A DNA stretch of 64,000 nucleotides, taken from contig JASCQW010000098.1 of NCBI GenBank assembly GCA_030264375.1, forward strand, positions 77,404,558-77,468,557, read 5' to 3'. Shown one piece after another: positions 38,860 through 52,915 of the stretch. The stretch comes from Carcharhinus longimanus. Lineage: Eukaryota. The position numbers and the translations under genes were made by a program. The number at the start of each line of letters is the position of its first letter. Position 1 is the stretch's first letter. The notes under the pieces were generated by a model. That model saw nothing but the letters and a program-made list of their open reading frames with translations, did not search any database and was not told the DNA's origin.

Positions 38860-41211
38860 CACCACAGAAATGTCAATGGGTGATGACTCCAATTGTACAT
38901 CTTAATGTTTCAAAGCATGTTTGGTTAAGGACTATTTATATGCTTAATCTAGCTGTCTCATGACTTATCGTTCTGTGAGATTTAAAGTGATTCAACCAGG
39001 GAGTGGTTTCTTTTCCCTCTTTGACCTGGGTGAAACTCAGCTCAGACCAATTGGACAAAGCTCTTCTCCCCCACTGCTGGTTTTAAGAATCCAAAATGGT
39101 TAGTTTGTTCAATGGCAATCTAATTCCAGTGAGCAATAGCCCAGTGCACAAAATCGATCCTAATCTGGTAGAATTGTGGGAAATGGGAAGATTTCCCATG
39201 AAAAAAGCAAGAAGCTTTGCTCTGTTTGCAATCTGCTGTGCCTAGCCGGGGAATTGTTGATTCTTAACTTTCTCAGCTTGAAGCAGCCGGAACAAAGGGA
39301 AAATGAAAAGAGTGTGAAATTTGACTAAAGTATTACAGAATGGTGACTATAATGAGGAGCCCTGTTATACAGTCGCCTGATTTTTCTCTTACATTTACCC
39401 CAGCACAGTCTAAAGGTAAATAATGCAGCATATTGTAAAACAAAATGTCTATTTCCAATGCTGCATTATACTTAAGTAAATTCATTTAAAAATCTCATCA
39501 AAGAATGTCCAGAATGAAACAAATGTTAATCTGTCATTTATTCATTAATTTCAATGGTTTCATTTCTGAACACAGACACACAGGTTGTTTTGTTATATGT
39601 GATGGGTATCTATGGTCATTTTGTTTCAAAACAATATAAGAATTGTTTTATTGACGATTAGTAGCTCAATACCATCAGTAAGTTACTGCTGAAGTTACCA
39701 TGACCTGGCTTCCAGCATGTGTAAAAACTGCAATCTTAAATAGAAAAGGATCATTTGGTGAAGATGAAGAACTTGTATTCATCACAATTACAAGCCATCT
39801 TGAACTGGCAACTATTCATTTGTTGTCCTTGTGTTTTATTTTGAAGGAAATGAAATTAGTACAATCCTAACAACTAAAACAGTTCACCTGGTTGAAAAAT
39901 CTGTTCCACACCCAGCGCCAAGTAGTTTGCGATCATCCCGGCCCTTTTCTACTGGCACGAACCAGATCATGACCAAGCATGACATTAACTGGATTTTAAT
40001 CTGGAGTTCAGCATGCGATTGTCCCCCACTTCTCCACTGGGAGGTCACGCCGGTGCAAATCACTACTGATCTCCACTGAAGGAAACCTGGCATGATGGCC
40101 ACTCCAGGGGGGCTCAAAGGCCATCAAATCCCCCTGGTGGTTGAGGGCATGGCCAAGCAGTACCCAGCAGGCCATGCCCACCTGGTGGTGCTCACCTGGC
40201 ATGCTTGGCAGTGGCCATCAGACAATCTGACGGTGCTGGTTTGGCACTGCTAGTGTGCCAGGGGCAGTATCATGGAGGTACGGAATGAGTGGCGGCTATG
40301 ATGGGGGGTCATGTCACGGACCCTGATGACGGCAACCCATGTTGGGGAGGAGATGGGGGAATGTACCACTGTTGAGGGGTAATGCCCGTGAGGGGAGGGA
40401 AGGAGTCTCCTAGTGCTCTGTGAGATTGGGTGCCCTTCCAAAATGGCACCCGAGCGCTCTGAAGACAGGCTCATTGTCATGTTTAGGCTTCCTTGTTGTG
40501 CTGCTGGCTCTACTCCTTGGAAGTGAGTTGGACTAGATGGTGCTGCTGCTTTTGGGCCAGTGGCTGCTAGGGAATTCTGGGATTTTCAACAAGTGACAAT
40601 GATGGAGTGGATGTCATATGTCCAAGTCAAGTTGGCATGTGACTTCGGGGAACTTGAAATTAGTGAATAAAAGCAAAATACTGCATCCGAATGCTGGAAT
40701 CCGAAACAAAAATAGAAAATTCTGGAAAAAATCAGCAGCATCTGTGCAAAGGAACAAAGTTAATGTTTTGAGTCTGTCTTGACTCTTCCACGAGGAAGGA
40801 ATATGATGCATTATATACCATGTAAGAGCGTGTGGAACAACTGGAGCAGAGTAGAAGGTCAGTAATTGGTGGGAGTGAGGAGAAATTGCAACAAAAATGT
40901 GTCGGTCACAAGACAGAAGAAGCATTAGTGGCTGAAGAAAGTTCTGGTAGCGGCACAAAGATAAAGTATCAGAATGTGTTAATGGGAGAACAAAGGCTCA
41001 ATGAAAGCGATTCTTAAGAACAAATGACAGATGGCACAGTGAGGGAGGGTAGTTTGCACTGGGACAGGAAATGTTTTGAATATAAAACAAGTGTCACAAT
41101 GGAGGAGAACGGTCACAGTCTCAAGTTGTTGAACTGAGTGTTGAGTTCTGAAAGCTTTAATGTGCCTAATTGGAAGATGAGTTGCTGTTCCTCCACTTTG
41201 CGTTGAGCTTC

Positions 41212-41532
41212 ATGGTGGCACAGTGGTTAGTACTGCTGCCTCACAGTGCCAGGGACCTGGTTCAATTCCAGTCTTGGGGGACAGTCTGTGTGGAGTTTGC
41301 ACATTCTCCCTGTGTCTGCATAAGTTTGCTTCGGCTGCTCCGGTTTCCTCCCGCAGTCCTACAATGTGCAGGTTAGATTGATTGGCCGTGCAAAATTGCT
41401 GCTTACTGTCAGGGGGATTAGCAGGGTAAATATGTGGGGTTACAGACCTACAGCCTGGGTGGGATTGTTGTTGGTGCAGGCTTGAAGGGCTGAATGGCCT
41501 CCTTTGGCACTGAAGGGCTTCTATGATTCTAT
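41212..41532 (+). mobile_element. HE1-like V-SINE inserted in the Penelope remnant
   Basis: Head, V-domain and ctatgattctat tail; host sequence resumes on both sides. Confidence 0.85.
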
Positions 41533-41611
41533 AATTCACTGGAACATTGCAGCAGCCCAAGAATGGACATATGGGCAGGAGTGCAAGGTGCGTGGTTGAG
41601 ATGGCTAGTAA

Positions 41612-42068
41612 TACAGAAATACAGAAGATAGGAGCAAGCGGAGGCCATTTGGCCCTTTGAGCCTGCTCCACCATTCATTACAATCATGGCTGATCGCCCA
41701 ACTCAATTGTCTAATTCTGCTTTTTTCTCATAAACTTCGATTCCATTCACCCAAGTGCTATGTCCAGCCACCTCCTGAGTACATTCAATATTTTGTCATC
41801 AACTACTTCCTATGGTAATGAATTCCACAGGCTCACCATTCTTTGGTGAAGAAATGTCCCCTCACCTCTGTCCTAAATGGTTTACCTCCAATTCTGGACT
41901 CCCCCACCATCGGGAATATTCTCCCTGCATCTGCCCTGTCTAATCCTGCTAGAATTTTATAAGTCTCTGAGATCCCCCTTCATTCATCTGAACTCCAGTG
42001 AAAACAATTCTAATCTAGTCAATCTCTCCTCATGCATTAGTCCTGCCATCCCCACAACCAGCCTGGTA
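41612..42068 (-). mobile_element. CR1/HER1 3' end
   Basis: Tail and 3' region homologous to 35688-36075. Confidence 0.75.
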
Positions 42069-42244
42069 ATGTGTCAACCTGGTGACATGATACAAAGGAT
42101 GGAGTCATATTTGCAGGATGAGCAAAGTGGTTACCCAGACTGCATTTAGTCTACCTGATGTAGAGGAGCCCACACTGGGAGCAGAAAATGCAGTAGAGAG
42201 TACAATTGAAATTAATGGTGTTTCAAGTCTTTCTAAGTCATGAA

Positions 42245-43278
42245 GAGTTGGCACGATGGTGCAACAAGCAATTAAGAAGGCAAAAGATATGGCTTTCATT
42301 GCAAAGGGATTTGAGAACAGGAATAAGAATGTCTTGCTGCAACTGTATAGAGCCTTGAGACCTCACCGAGAGTATTGTGCATAATTTTGGTCCCATTATG
42401 AAAGAAAGGAAATTCTTGCTGTAGAGGTAGTTCAACAGAGGTTTATCAGATTATTCCCTGAGATTCTCTTATGAGGAGAGATGAAGGCAACTAGGGTCGG
42501 AATTCTCCAGCTGTTTATGCCCTACCGCTGCTGCCAGAGAGGATTGTTTTCTGCATCTTATCAGCTCAATATAAAGAGAAGAGGAGGCAGTCTGTCTGTT
42601 AGTAATTCACTTTATTAGTGTTGTTAGGCAGTGTACATATAAATCAAATATCTGGTTAGAACATAAGTGTGCAGTTTGTATCAAAGCTATGGGGTCTAAA
42701 TACACTCTGATTGGTTTCCATGACAATGTCATGGTGTCATTATGTGCAGTTTTGGTGTCCTTGGCTGAGGAAGGACATCCTTTCTATAGAGGGAATGTTC
42801 ACCAGGTTGATTCCTGGGATGGCAGGACTGTCGTATGAGGAGAGAATAAGTTGGTTAGGATTATATTCACTGGAGTTTAGAAGAGTGCAAGTGGATCTTA
42901 TAGAAACTTGTAAAATTCTAACAGGGTTAGACGCGGTAGATTCAGAAAGAATGTTCCCAAAGGTGGGGGAGTCTAGAACCAGGGGTCATAGTTTGAGGAT
43001 AAGGGATAAACCTTTTAGAGCTGAGGTGAGGAGAAATTTCTTCAGCCAGAGGGGGTGAATGTCTGGAATTTACTACCACAAAGTAGTTGAGGCCAAAACG
43101 TTGCCTGATTTCAAGAAGAAATTAGATACAGCTTCAAGGGCTAAAGGGATCAAGGGATATAGGAGAAAGAGGGCATCAAGATATTGAATTCAATAATCAG
43201 CCATGATAAAAATGAAAGGTGGCGCTGGCTTAAAGGGCCGAATGGCCTATTCCTGCTTCTAATTTCTATGTTTCAATG
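42245..43278 (+). mobile_element. CR1/HER1 3' fragments
   Basis: YVQFWCPWLRKDI...LGLYSLEFRR..DLIETCKIL...RTRGHSLRI, and tttctatgtttc tail. Confidence 0.85.
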
Positions 43279-43917
43279 TTAATTCCTGAGTAATCACAGA
43301 ATATGAGAGATACTACCCAATCAGGAGAGCCAACACCAGCCAGGCGTTCGCCCTCCCTCCAAATGCCATCTCCTCGTTCTTGTCACAGGGTGTTTGTCTT
43401 CTGCGTGGCTAATCTCTAGAGTTGCACTGCAGCTGGTTCAGGAATCCTCATTCCTATCGTGTTCCTGATCTTTATCAAGATCTGCTATCTTGCTGGTATA
43501 AACTTCCTCACTTATTTCGTGTCTTCCCCTCATTGGCCCTGGACAAAAGTCCTAGGTAGGATTACCTCATTGTTCTCCAGTTAAGTAAGGGCTTATGTCT
43601 TACAATATTTCCTTTGTACTTTTTACAGAACTGAGTTGAACCAGTTCAGGCTGGTTTCAAGTTTCAGCTTATTCCAGTTTAAGCAGAGTTTGCAGACTTT
43701 AGCTGTCCCTTTCAGCCCCTGACCAACAGAACGAAGAATTTAGCAATCAGCCAAATCTCTCCCTGTTCACTGTAGCAGGATGGGAGAATCCTGCTGATGT
43801 GAATGATTGGAGAATCCTACACTAGATTTCTGTTTCCTGGAATTTTGAAGAATGAGCAATGACCTAATTGAAACTTACAAAATTAATAGAGCATACGGTG
43901 GCTGTATATAGATACGA

Positions 43918-44680
43918 TGGGCCCTATTTTACCATTTTGATTCTAAGTGCTGGGCGGGCTTGAAAGTGGGAATGTTTCAGATCCGACTTTTAGACCTGTT
44001 CTCAAATGTCCCCATACACACTCTGGCTGCAAAAATATCAACAATTCCGAAGCCTGTGAGTGGGGCTTAACGCATTTGAAATCCTGCAGCTCTGATCGAT
44101 GCCTCCAACTGCGTAAGCACAGAAAAAAATGCTAGAATACGGCTCCCCTGCCACATCACTCCCAGGCCGGATAATGCCTTATCCTGGCCCCCACAGATAT
44201 TGCCCCATCCCCGCAACAATACCTTTAGCCCCCATCCTCTCTGCGACCCAGACNNNNNNNNNNNNNNNNNNNNNNNNNNNNNNNNNNNNNNNNNNNNCCG
44301 ATCGGGAGCCCCTCCCCTCCTTCACCCCCATCGATCTCAGGCAGAGTGGCAGTGGATCCCCCTTCCTCCTTACTAATCTCAGGCGGAGTGGCAGCAGACC
44401 CCCCCCTTCCCTGTCACTGATCACAGGTAGAGTGGCAGCAGACCTCCCCTTCTCCCCCCTACCAATCTCAAGCAGAGAGCTGTCGTACCCACACCCACTG
44501 ATTTCAAGCAGAGAGCCATCAGAAGAACGGTACTTACTCCTCACTAATTGGAGTGCCCAAATCGGACTTCTATGGAGCATGTCCATTTTGCGCCGAATCT
44601 GGATGGGCGAATGCAGTGATAAAGGGGGAAGTGCCAGTCAGATTGGGTGTGCAGCTCATAAAGTCAATTTAAATGCTTCG
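43918..44680. mobile_element. GC-rich interspersed repeat with internal degenerate tandem units
   Basis: Starts gggccctattttacc; recurring atctcaggcagagtggcagc...cccccttc units at 44330-44520. Confidence 0.45.
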
Positions 44681-46152
44681 GGCAGAGAATGGAGTGCAGC
44701 AAGTTCACAGGGAGACTGGAGTGAGTGGTGAGAGAGGCAGAGAAATTGACACGCTCAATGTCAAGGTGACAGATTTCAGGCCTTGATAAAGGGGGAACCA
44801 GCATGGACGTGGGCATGGGTTGCGTTACTCACCACCTGTCTGACTTTAAGTTTTCATACTTGAAAATGGGCACAACTTGATAGTAAAACCAGGCTCAATG
44901 TTTCCTCTGACAGGTGAGCATGGCAGTATGAAAGTAGTGTTCTGCCTGTATTCTATCCAATGGGCAAGGGTTAATTACACATCAGGATCCCCATGTTGGC
45001 TTTCGCAGGCTGTCCATTTTACTCCCATCTCAATCGTAGTTTTTGAATTAAGTCAGCAGCAAACAAAAATTATTGAATGAAAACTGTCTTAAACGCAGCG
45101 CCAAATTCCTGGATAATTGCTTAATTCACTTTTCTTGCATAAACTTTGTAAGACCTAAACGTGAAATCTGATTGCCATGTTAAAGGATTTGTTAGATTAT
45201 CCAACTAAAAACTGTCTGTTTAATGAAAAACCGTACTAGTTACTAGCTATTAACCTTAATCTGCTAACTTTAGTTAGACTATTAAATAACAGTGGAGGTT
45301 CTAGGAAAAGTAATTGTTCTCCATCAGACCTTCCAGAGGCTAGTAATTAATTGTATTTTAATGGAAAGCTCCTTTAAAACCATTTTTATCTATTTGTATT
45401 GAATCAGATTCAAGTTTGTAAGAAAGTACCATAAACCTTTTTCATTGTACAATATTTGTCTGGTAAAGTGGCACTTAATTAATTATTACAATATTTACCA
45501 TTTGATAGAATCTCTATCAGACATAGTCAGAGTGGCTGAGTTGCAATCTTTCATGTATTATTCAGAATATCTCTGGATGGCTGGGAATTCCTTTGTGAGA
45601 CATGCTGAGAGTCAGTATACATACTAACAGTATACAAACTAATGGTTTTTAAATGCAGGATTATAACTATCGAAGTTAACGGTTGTACTTTATGGGGAAA
45701 TTGGACAACAGTGGTGCACTTGCCATGCAGTGTAGGATGTCTCATATTTTATACCTCTCTTTGTTCCATCTCTTAAGACAATGGCATAATTTGTTTTGGA
45801 TTCCTTCCTTTTAATTGTTTGCTCTATTTCCATTCTTTGCTATTTGATTGTATTTTGCTTCAATTATGCTTTTGATAGAGTAAAACTTTATCATATCTTT
45901 GATAGTTTTCCATAACAGGGGCTGCACCACAGTATGTTGATAATATTGCCCTCTTTGTTCTTTACATTTGTTTTCTTATAAAACATGGCAGCATGAGATA
46001 TTGCCTTATGCTTCAATCGTATAACATACCAATCTGAAATATACTTCATAAATGGAAAATGGGGAGGCTTTTACCACTTGAAGTGTAAAATATTAAACTT
46101 GATTCTAAAGGTTCTTCAAACCTATTGCACTCTAATTATCTAATTAAATATG

Positions 46153-46435
46153 GGTGGCATGGGAGCACTGTGGTTAGCACTGCTGCTTCAGAGCGCCAGG
46201 GACCCAAGGTCGATTCACGGCTTGAGTCACTGTGTGGAGTTTGCATGTTCTCCCCGTGTTTGTGTGGGTTTCCTCCAGGTGCTTCGGTTTCTTCCCACAT
46301 TGCGAAAGAAGAGCTGGGTAGGTGCATTGATCCAGACAGGCGCCAGAGTGTGGCGACTAGAGGAATTTCACAGTAACTTAATTGCAGTGTGCAATGTAAG
46401 CCTTACTTGTAACAAATAAGTAAATAAACTTTACT
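46153..46435 (+). mobile_element. HE1-like V-SINE (tail type B)
   Basis: Head, V-domain and aataaactttacttt tail. Confidence 0.85.
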
Positions 46436-49299
46436 TTGTTTCTAATTTTTGTTGGGGTTTGGGTGAAAAGTCACAGTCCAAACAACTTTATACTGATAGG
46501 GTCAGCAGTATCAAACATGATGGGGCTGGATCTTACTGTGGGCTTCAGGACCCCAAAGTTGGGGTCATTGGATGTTCTGAGTCCATGTTTGCTGGGAGCG
46601 TGACCAGCAGTGTGACCTTCCAGGGGACAACTTCCTAATTGGCTGTCCCTGAGCTCACCGTCCTGCTCAGGATAGCAGATGGAATCCTGATGCTACCAGC
46701 CCCATTGGAGGGTTGGCTTGTGGGCACAGCTTTTGCAGCCTGCAGTTTACGAAGGGGAATGAAGCCTCCTGTTTCAATGCATCTCCTGGCTTGCAGCAGG
46801 GTGTCTGGTCCCAATCAGTGTGCAGCCTTGGAGGAGGGGGTGGGGCAAACTGCTGGCAGAAAAATGCCAGTGAGGATTCAACAGTGCCCCTGATTGGGGC
46901 ATTAATGAGCCCAATAGGCTATCTACCTCCATTTGAGCAGGCCGCTGCTCTTTTGGCACTGTTGAGGCCTTCTGTGATTATTGGGCCCTGCAGGGACTGG
47001 GGGTGTACACTTAACACTTTTAATCATGTTTTGATTTAATGTTTTAAGTTTTCTGTATGCTTTGTTTTACATGTTTCGGGTGGCTTCCCCCCGCACCCTT
47101 TAAGAGGTTGCCCCTTTCACTTTGTCCCGCAGTTTATTTAATTTAGTTTAATCATTTTGCCTAAAAGAATCATAGAATGGCAGCTAATCTTATTCCCATG
47201 CTCAGAGTAGCAAGGAGTCGCAGGAAGGAGCGGCTCCATGGTTCTTTGAACATAACCTAGAGATCCTCCTGCACCAGGCTGACAGGAACACCCTCTTTCC
47301 CATTTGGGCCCTGGCAACCTCCCAGTTTCACCAAGGCAGCCTGGATCAAAACCGCCGAGGTGGACAGCACCTTGGTACAGCATCAAAGAACTGGGACTCA
47401 GTGCCATAGGTGCTTCAGCGACCTGTGCTACAGTAATGTGAGTAAGCTACTCGTCTCAGCCATGCTGCCTGGCCTAGCTGTGGACTCGTGTAATAGTGTG
47501 CATGACACTTTGCATTGCAGGAGCAACAAATGTAAGGAGAAAGGGAAACAATTTGTGCACATGTGAAGTGTAGAGGTGTGCGAGTCCTTTGTGGAGTTTG
47601 ACTTGGGTTCAGAGCTAAGTCTGGGCACAACAAGAATGAGTGCCACAAAACCAAATCACGTGTGAAAACTGTTTTTTATGAACAATTATTAAAAATAATA
47701 GAAGGGAAGATAACTTTATTAAAAAGAAGGGAAGAAAAATATATATCAAAAGAAGGGAGAAAGATATTTTAATAGATAGAACCTGTATTGGGGAAAAACA
47801 AATCTGTAATTAATAATGTCACTATTAATTGCATAATTGATTAATTGTTTGACTCAATGTAGGCACAATCACACTTACAAACTAATGTTTAAAAGTTCAG
47901 TACAGGCTGAATACAGATTTCAAATAGCTCAGAGATAAATAACGTCCCTGTTTTCATCTCAAACCTCTGAATCAATTCGTCATGTACATCCTACAAAATA
48001 GATAAAACTGAGCTTCCAGCTTGCATCAAGACACTGCTCCAGTCGAAAGTGACAGTCTGGAGAACAATTTATGATTTAAGATTGGAATCAAATTAATTCC
48101 AATGTTTTTATTCTCTTTTCAACATTCAAAGATCTTAAACTGATGCAGTAAAATAGAAATGGAAACATTTCAAATACCGCAAATCTGAGTTAAAGAAAGT
48201 ACACAGCAGGCCAGTCAGCATCTGTGAAAGGAAAATACACATTATTTTGGATGTGATTTCTGATGACTGGTACACACAGGAAACTTATTAACCTCCCTTT
48301 TCTCTTCCCAGTTGAAGACTGACCTGTGTAATTGCAGATGTGTCTGTTTTTGATTCTATAAAGTGATCCACTTTATAGAATTATAATAAATAATACACTT
48401 TATAAGGATGGGAACATTATGTCGTGTATTGCTCAATGGATCGTTCAACGGTATGAAACAAAAAAAACAAACTAGATGGGATGGCAGCTAAGTCCCAGAG
48501 CCGCAACCCAGCTGTCCATCGGAAAACGACCCCAAGGGCTCAGCATTCAGAGGAAGAGGGTTCATGTTTTTGCAGGAAATCTCAACATTCTCTGATTCCT
48601 CAGCCTCTCTGCTCCGTCTGCTGGCTGTGTCCAAGTGAGAGCAGCTGCCCTTGCAGAGATCTAGGCAGTGCAGTCTGACGCAACAGGTCCCTGCACAGTG
48701 AGACCAACTACAATGACACCACCACCCCCCCATTGCCATATAATCAGGGATAAGTAGCCTGCTGTCGCCTCTGCAGCAACAAGGAGAGCACCATGTAGGA
48801 GTGTTCAAGAAGGGAGGGTACCACGTCAGTTAGGATACTAATGGGATTATTGTGTTATTAATTTAAATGTGTTCAGTAAGAAACGAGAGATGTGTAAATA
48901 ACAAATACCTTTATGAACAATAAAGCTACGTACATAAGCTGTGTACACAACACATTTACAGATTTTTGGATGTGGCCATGCAGTCCAAAATCTTTACAAT
49001 CTCAGCTGACCTGAACAGTGCATCCACATATGAGTCACCAATCCTCTACCAGATTGGATCACAGGACCCTCCCAATGGCCTTCCCTTGGTGTAGCTAACA
49101 ACCTAATGTCATTTCCTGGTCAGCTTTCAACCTCCATGATAGGGTCCCATCAAGTGAAGTATTATTGTATGAGAAGGTGACTATGACATTCTGCATGGGC
49201 TCTTCATTGTGTATGTGTGGACAACTGCTCTCTTGTCTCTGGGAGCTCTCCTATTGTCCTTCCTCATAGGTACATCGTGCTTCTCTGTCTCCTCCTCAT

Positions 49300-49795
49300 C
49301 TTAGGAACGGTCCCATTCTTCCTGGGTCCAGAACCCACCCTCCATAATGATTTGGGGCACTCTGTGAGTTGCGTACTGTGATGAGCCATCTGAGCAGTTC
49401 AGACACCTGAACCTCATCTATAGAAGGCCAGTGGCCTGTTAATGAGTGTTGTTGTGTGAAGGTGGCTCTCACTGTGTCTTCTTTGCTGTTGGGTCTGGAG
49501 ATGCCACTGGAATGTGCGAAGCCATATTTTCAGGTGGTAGCTCTTATTCCCGAATATCCAGTCAAATGCCTGGGGCTTGGTCTACATATTCTTGGAAGCT
49601 CAGCCTCTGTGAGGATAAAGGAGTCATGGCCACTGCCAGGGTGTAGGTGGAGACACAGGTGGAAACCTTTCATAGTCACAGAACAGTTGCACATTCAGTG
49701 AGTGGTAGCCATTTTGGTTGATGTGCCTCTCAGCATTCAAATAGGATATCCTTATTGTCACTTGGATCCAGTGAACTATACCTTGCCGTTGGGGC
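49300..49795 (-). mobile_element. Decayed PIF/Harbinger (HARBI1-like, DDE_Tnp_4) transposase
   Basis: Minus strand gives HINQNGYHSLNVQLFCD and GLL*MRFRCLNCSDGSSQY, matching the NRKGFHSLNVQ and LK.RFRCL..SGG.LQY motifs. Confidence 0.75.
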
Positions 49796-51479
49796 NNNNN
49801 NNNNNNNNNNNNNNNNNNNNNNNNNNNNNNNNNNNNNNNNNNNNNNNNNNNNNNNNNNNNNNNNNNNNNNNNNNNNNNNNNNNNNNNNNNNNNNNGATCT
49901 TATTGAATGGCGGGGCAGGCTCGAAGGGCTAGATGGCCTACTTCTGCTCCTATTTCTTATGTTCTTATGTTCGTCAGCATTCTCCCTGTCATTCTCGCTG
50001 TTCTAATATTGCCTTTAAGGGATAGCAGCATGACATCACTAGAAGGGAAGTGTGTCATGTGATCCAGTCTTAATTTCATTTCTGCTTGGAGCAGAGTACA
50101 CAGAGCTCTGATGTTTTCAAGCTTTATCTTTGTATAAATGTGCCTCACCTTAATAAATCAACCCACAGCATATTTACCCAATCCCTTAAGGGCAATTGGT
50201 CCTTCGTATCTTATTCAGTAAATAAACCCAAGGTAACACCCACTCTGCATTGTGTTGTCTCCTGCCTTAGAGCCATGCACTTGGCAAGTGAGGTATTTAA
50301 GTACTGCTGCTGCTCTACCCCTAACTCTATGTACAGCAATTGGGTTAGGGCAGCTCCCATTCCAAATTGTAGGTTGTAATATTAATACGCACAAGCTTGA
50401 AGGGACATGGTTCTTTCTTGCTGATTTTCAGATGTGCTGGGTGTGGCTTTAAGGCAATCCTCCTTCCACTCCCCACTTCCGGCCAGACACTTAATTTGTC
50501 TGCAGGCAGCAGCTGATGGTTTAAAAGATGCAGAGAAACGCTGGAAAGTTGCTGCACTTTATTCACTACCTCTTCCTGGCCTGGCATATTCCTTCACGAC
50601 TCACTGGAGGAGGCAAACGTTTATTTGGTTCGCTAAATGTGTGGGTTCTTGACAAAAATGGTGAGGGTTAGGAAATCCAATTATTGTCTCCCTCTTATAC
50701 TGGGGTTCCAACATTGTCAGGGATGGATGTTTCACACAGGAGGTTACCCCTGACCTGTGAAAAAGGCCTACAAAAATGGCAACGGCTTTCGGGAGTGCAG
50801 AGGAAAATTGGATTTCCTCCGAAAAGTTCATGGTTGGACCTTTCTGGCGTGCACATTGGCTGCTGAAAAACACGTGTGCGAGTAAAATGATAGCAGGAAA
50901 AAAATGGAAATAAGGCAGGAAGTAATCCAACAGAGTTTAAATAGTGGGCCTGTTCCATTTGCATTAGGTAACAGCTGCAAAATTTGGCTGTATTGTTTTT
51001 ACAGAGTCTTGAAATTCAAACTTTGCTGAAGCTGTGCTAAATCAGTTGCAATCAAAGATCAGTTTTGTGGTTTTTAGCTGTGATGTGGTATTACTATCAG
51101 CCACTTTTTAGGATAACTTGAGACAATACTTGTTCAGCGTTCTATCAGACATCCTGCATATAACCTTCCTCAACATTTTATAGAGGTGGGCTTGACTTTC
51201 ACTGTTACCGTTCCACGTCCAGACATTACTGCCTATTTCTGTAATGTTATCATTTCGGTGAAGGTGATAGAACTCAATGGTCATTATCTTCTCAATGACC
51301 TGATCTGAGTTAATACCTAACTGCTGATTCAGTGTTGAGCCAGCTGAACAGTTTTCTTGCTTTCTGTCCTCCTCCATTCTCTGCTGGGTATCTGGTGAAA
51401 AGCAGAACGCTTCTGCTAAATGCCAGGACCTCATGTGAGGTGTAGCTTTATTAATGTTTACCATTTATACATTTTTGGA

Positions 51480-51950
51480 AAGCAAAGCAAGGCTGTGACC
51501 AACAGGTCAGACCTAAGCTCTGCAGTCCTGCCACATGATAGTGGACAATTAAACACTTCACTGGAAGGTTCCACAGATATTCCTATGCCCAATAATGGGA
51601 GAGCCCAGCATACCAGTGTAAGAGACAAGGCTGAGATATTTACAAGCATCTTCAGACAGAAAAATCCACCTTGGCCCCCTCCTGAGGTCCCCAGCATCAC
51701 AGACACAAGTGTTCAGTCAATTCAATGCAGTCTCTGTGACATCAAGAAGTGGCTGCAGCCACTGGATACTGCAAAGGCTATGGGTCCTGACAACATTGCA
51801 ACAATGCTGCTGGAGACTTCTGTTCCAGGACTTGCCAGGCCGCCAGCTAAGCTGTTTCAGTACAGCTACAAAACTGGCATCTTCCCAGACCAGCCAATTA
51901 CTGGCAATCTGTCCACTCTTCATCATCAGCTACGCTGGGTTCTTCCATCA
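51480..51950 (+). mobile_element. CR1-group LINE fragment (same family as 480-955)
   Basis: DIKKWLQPLDTAKAMGPDNI...AKLFQYSYKTGIFP. Confidence 0.8.
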
Positions 51951-51959
51951 TTTGGGAAT

Positions 51960-52915
51960 CAAATTGAAGTGACTGGGTGAGAGGAGGTTAGCTCACAAAT
52001 TTGTCGACAGTGTGAGAGAGAGGATAGGAAGGTGATAGAGACGGGGAGCGCTCAGACCGAAAATTTGAGGTGTGTCTATTTTAACGCAAGGAGTGTTGTG
52101 AACAAAGTGGATGAACTTAGAGCGTGGATCACTACTTGGAAATGTGATGTGGTGGCCATTACAGAGACATGGATGACTCGGGGACAGGACTGGTTACTTC
52201 AAGTGCCGGGTTTCAGATGTTTCAGAAGGGACAGGAAGGGAGGCAAAAGAGGTGGGGGAGTGGCACTGTTGATCAGAGACAGTGTCACGGCTGCAGAAAA
52301 GATGGACGCCATGGAGGGATTGTCTGTGGGTGGAGGTTAGGAACAAGAAGGGGTCAATAACTTTACTGGGTGTTTTCTATAGGCCTCCCAATAGTAACAA
52401 GGATGTTGAGGAGCAGATTGGGAAGCAGATCCTGGAAAGGTGTAATAATAACAGAGTTGTCGTGATGGGAGATTTTAATTTCCGAAATGTTGATTGGAAT
52501 CTCCCTTGGGTAAGAGGTTTAGATGGAGAGGAATTTGTTAGGTGTGTTCAGGAGGGTTTCTTGACATAGTATGTGGATAATCCTACAAGAGGAGAGGCTG
52601 TACTTGATTTGGTATTGGGAAATAAACCTGGTTAGGTATCAGATCTCTCAGTGGGAGAACATTTTGGAGATAATGATCATAATTCTATCTCATTTACAAT
52701 AGCATTGGAGAGAGATAGGATCAGACAAGTTAGAAAAGTGTTAAATTGGAGTAAGGGGAATTGTGAGGCTATCAGGCTGGAAATTGAAGGCATAAATTGG
52801 AAAGAGGTTTTCTCGGGGAAATGTACGGAAGAAATGTGGCAAATTTTCAGGGAATATTTGTCTGGAGTTCTGCATAGCAACGTTCCAATGAGACAGGGAA
52901 GTTATGGTAGGTTAC
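51960..52915 (+). mobile_element. CR1 ORF2 AP-endonuclease remnant
   Basis: YFNARSVVNK, VAITETW, YRPP, MGDFN and DH motifs, with frameshift and stops. Confidence 0.9.

Larger units (their letters stand above)
40668..42240 (-). mobile_element. Penelope-like element (family-B terminus plus GIY-YIG remnant) with nested SINE and LINE
   Basis: Minus strand gives YCIFCSQCGLLYIR (about 42150-42200) and GLLQCSSE / AQRKVEEQQLIFQLGTLKLSELN (41120-41560). Confidence 0.7.

Noticed and set aside
43278-43728. Possible solo LTRs bounded by TGT...ACA (also about 47562-47995 and 57810-58936)
   Set aside because: No matching target-site duplications, partner LTR or PBS found; cannot be supported without a library search.
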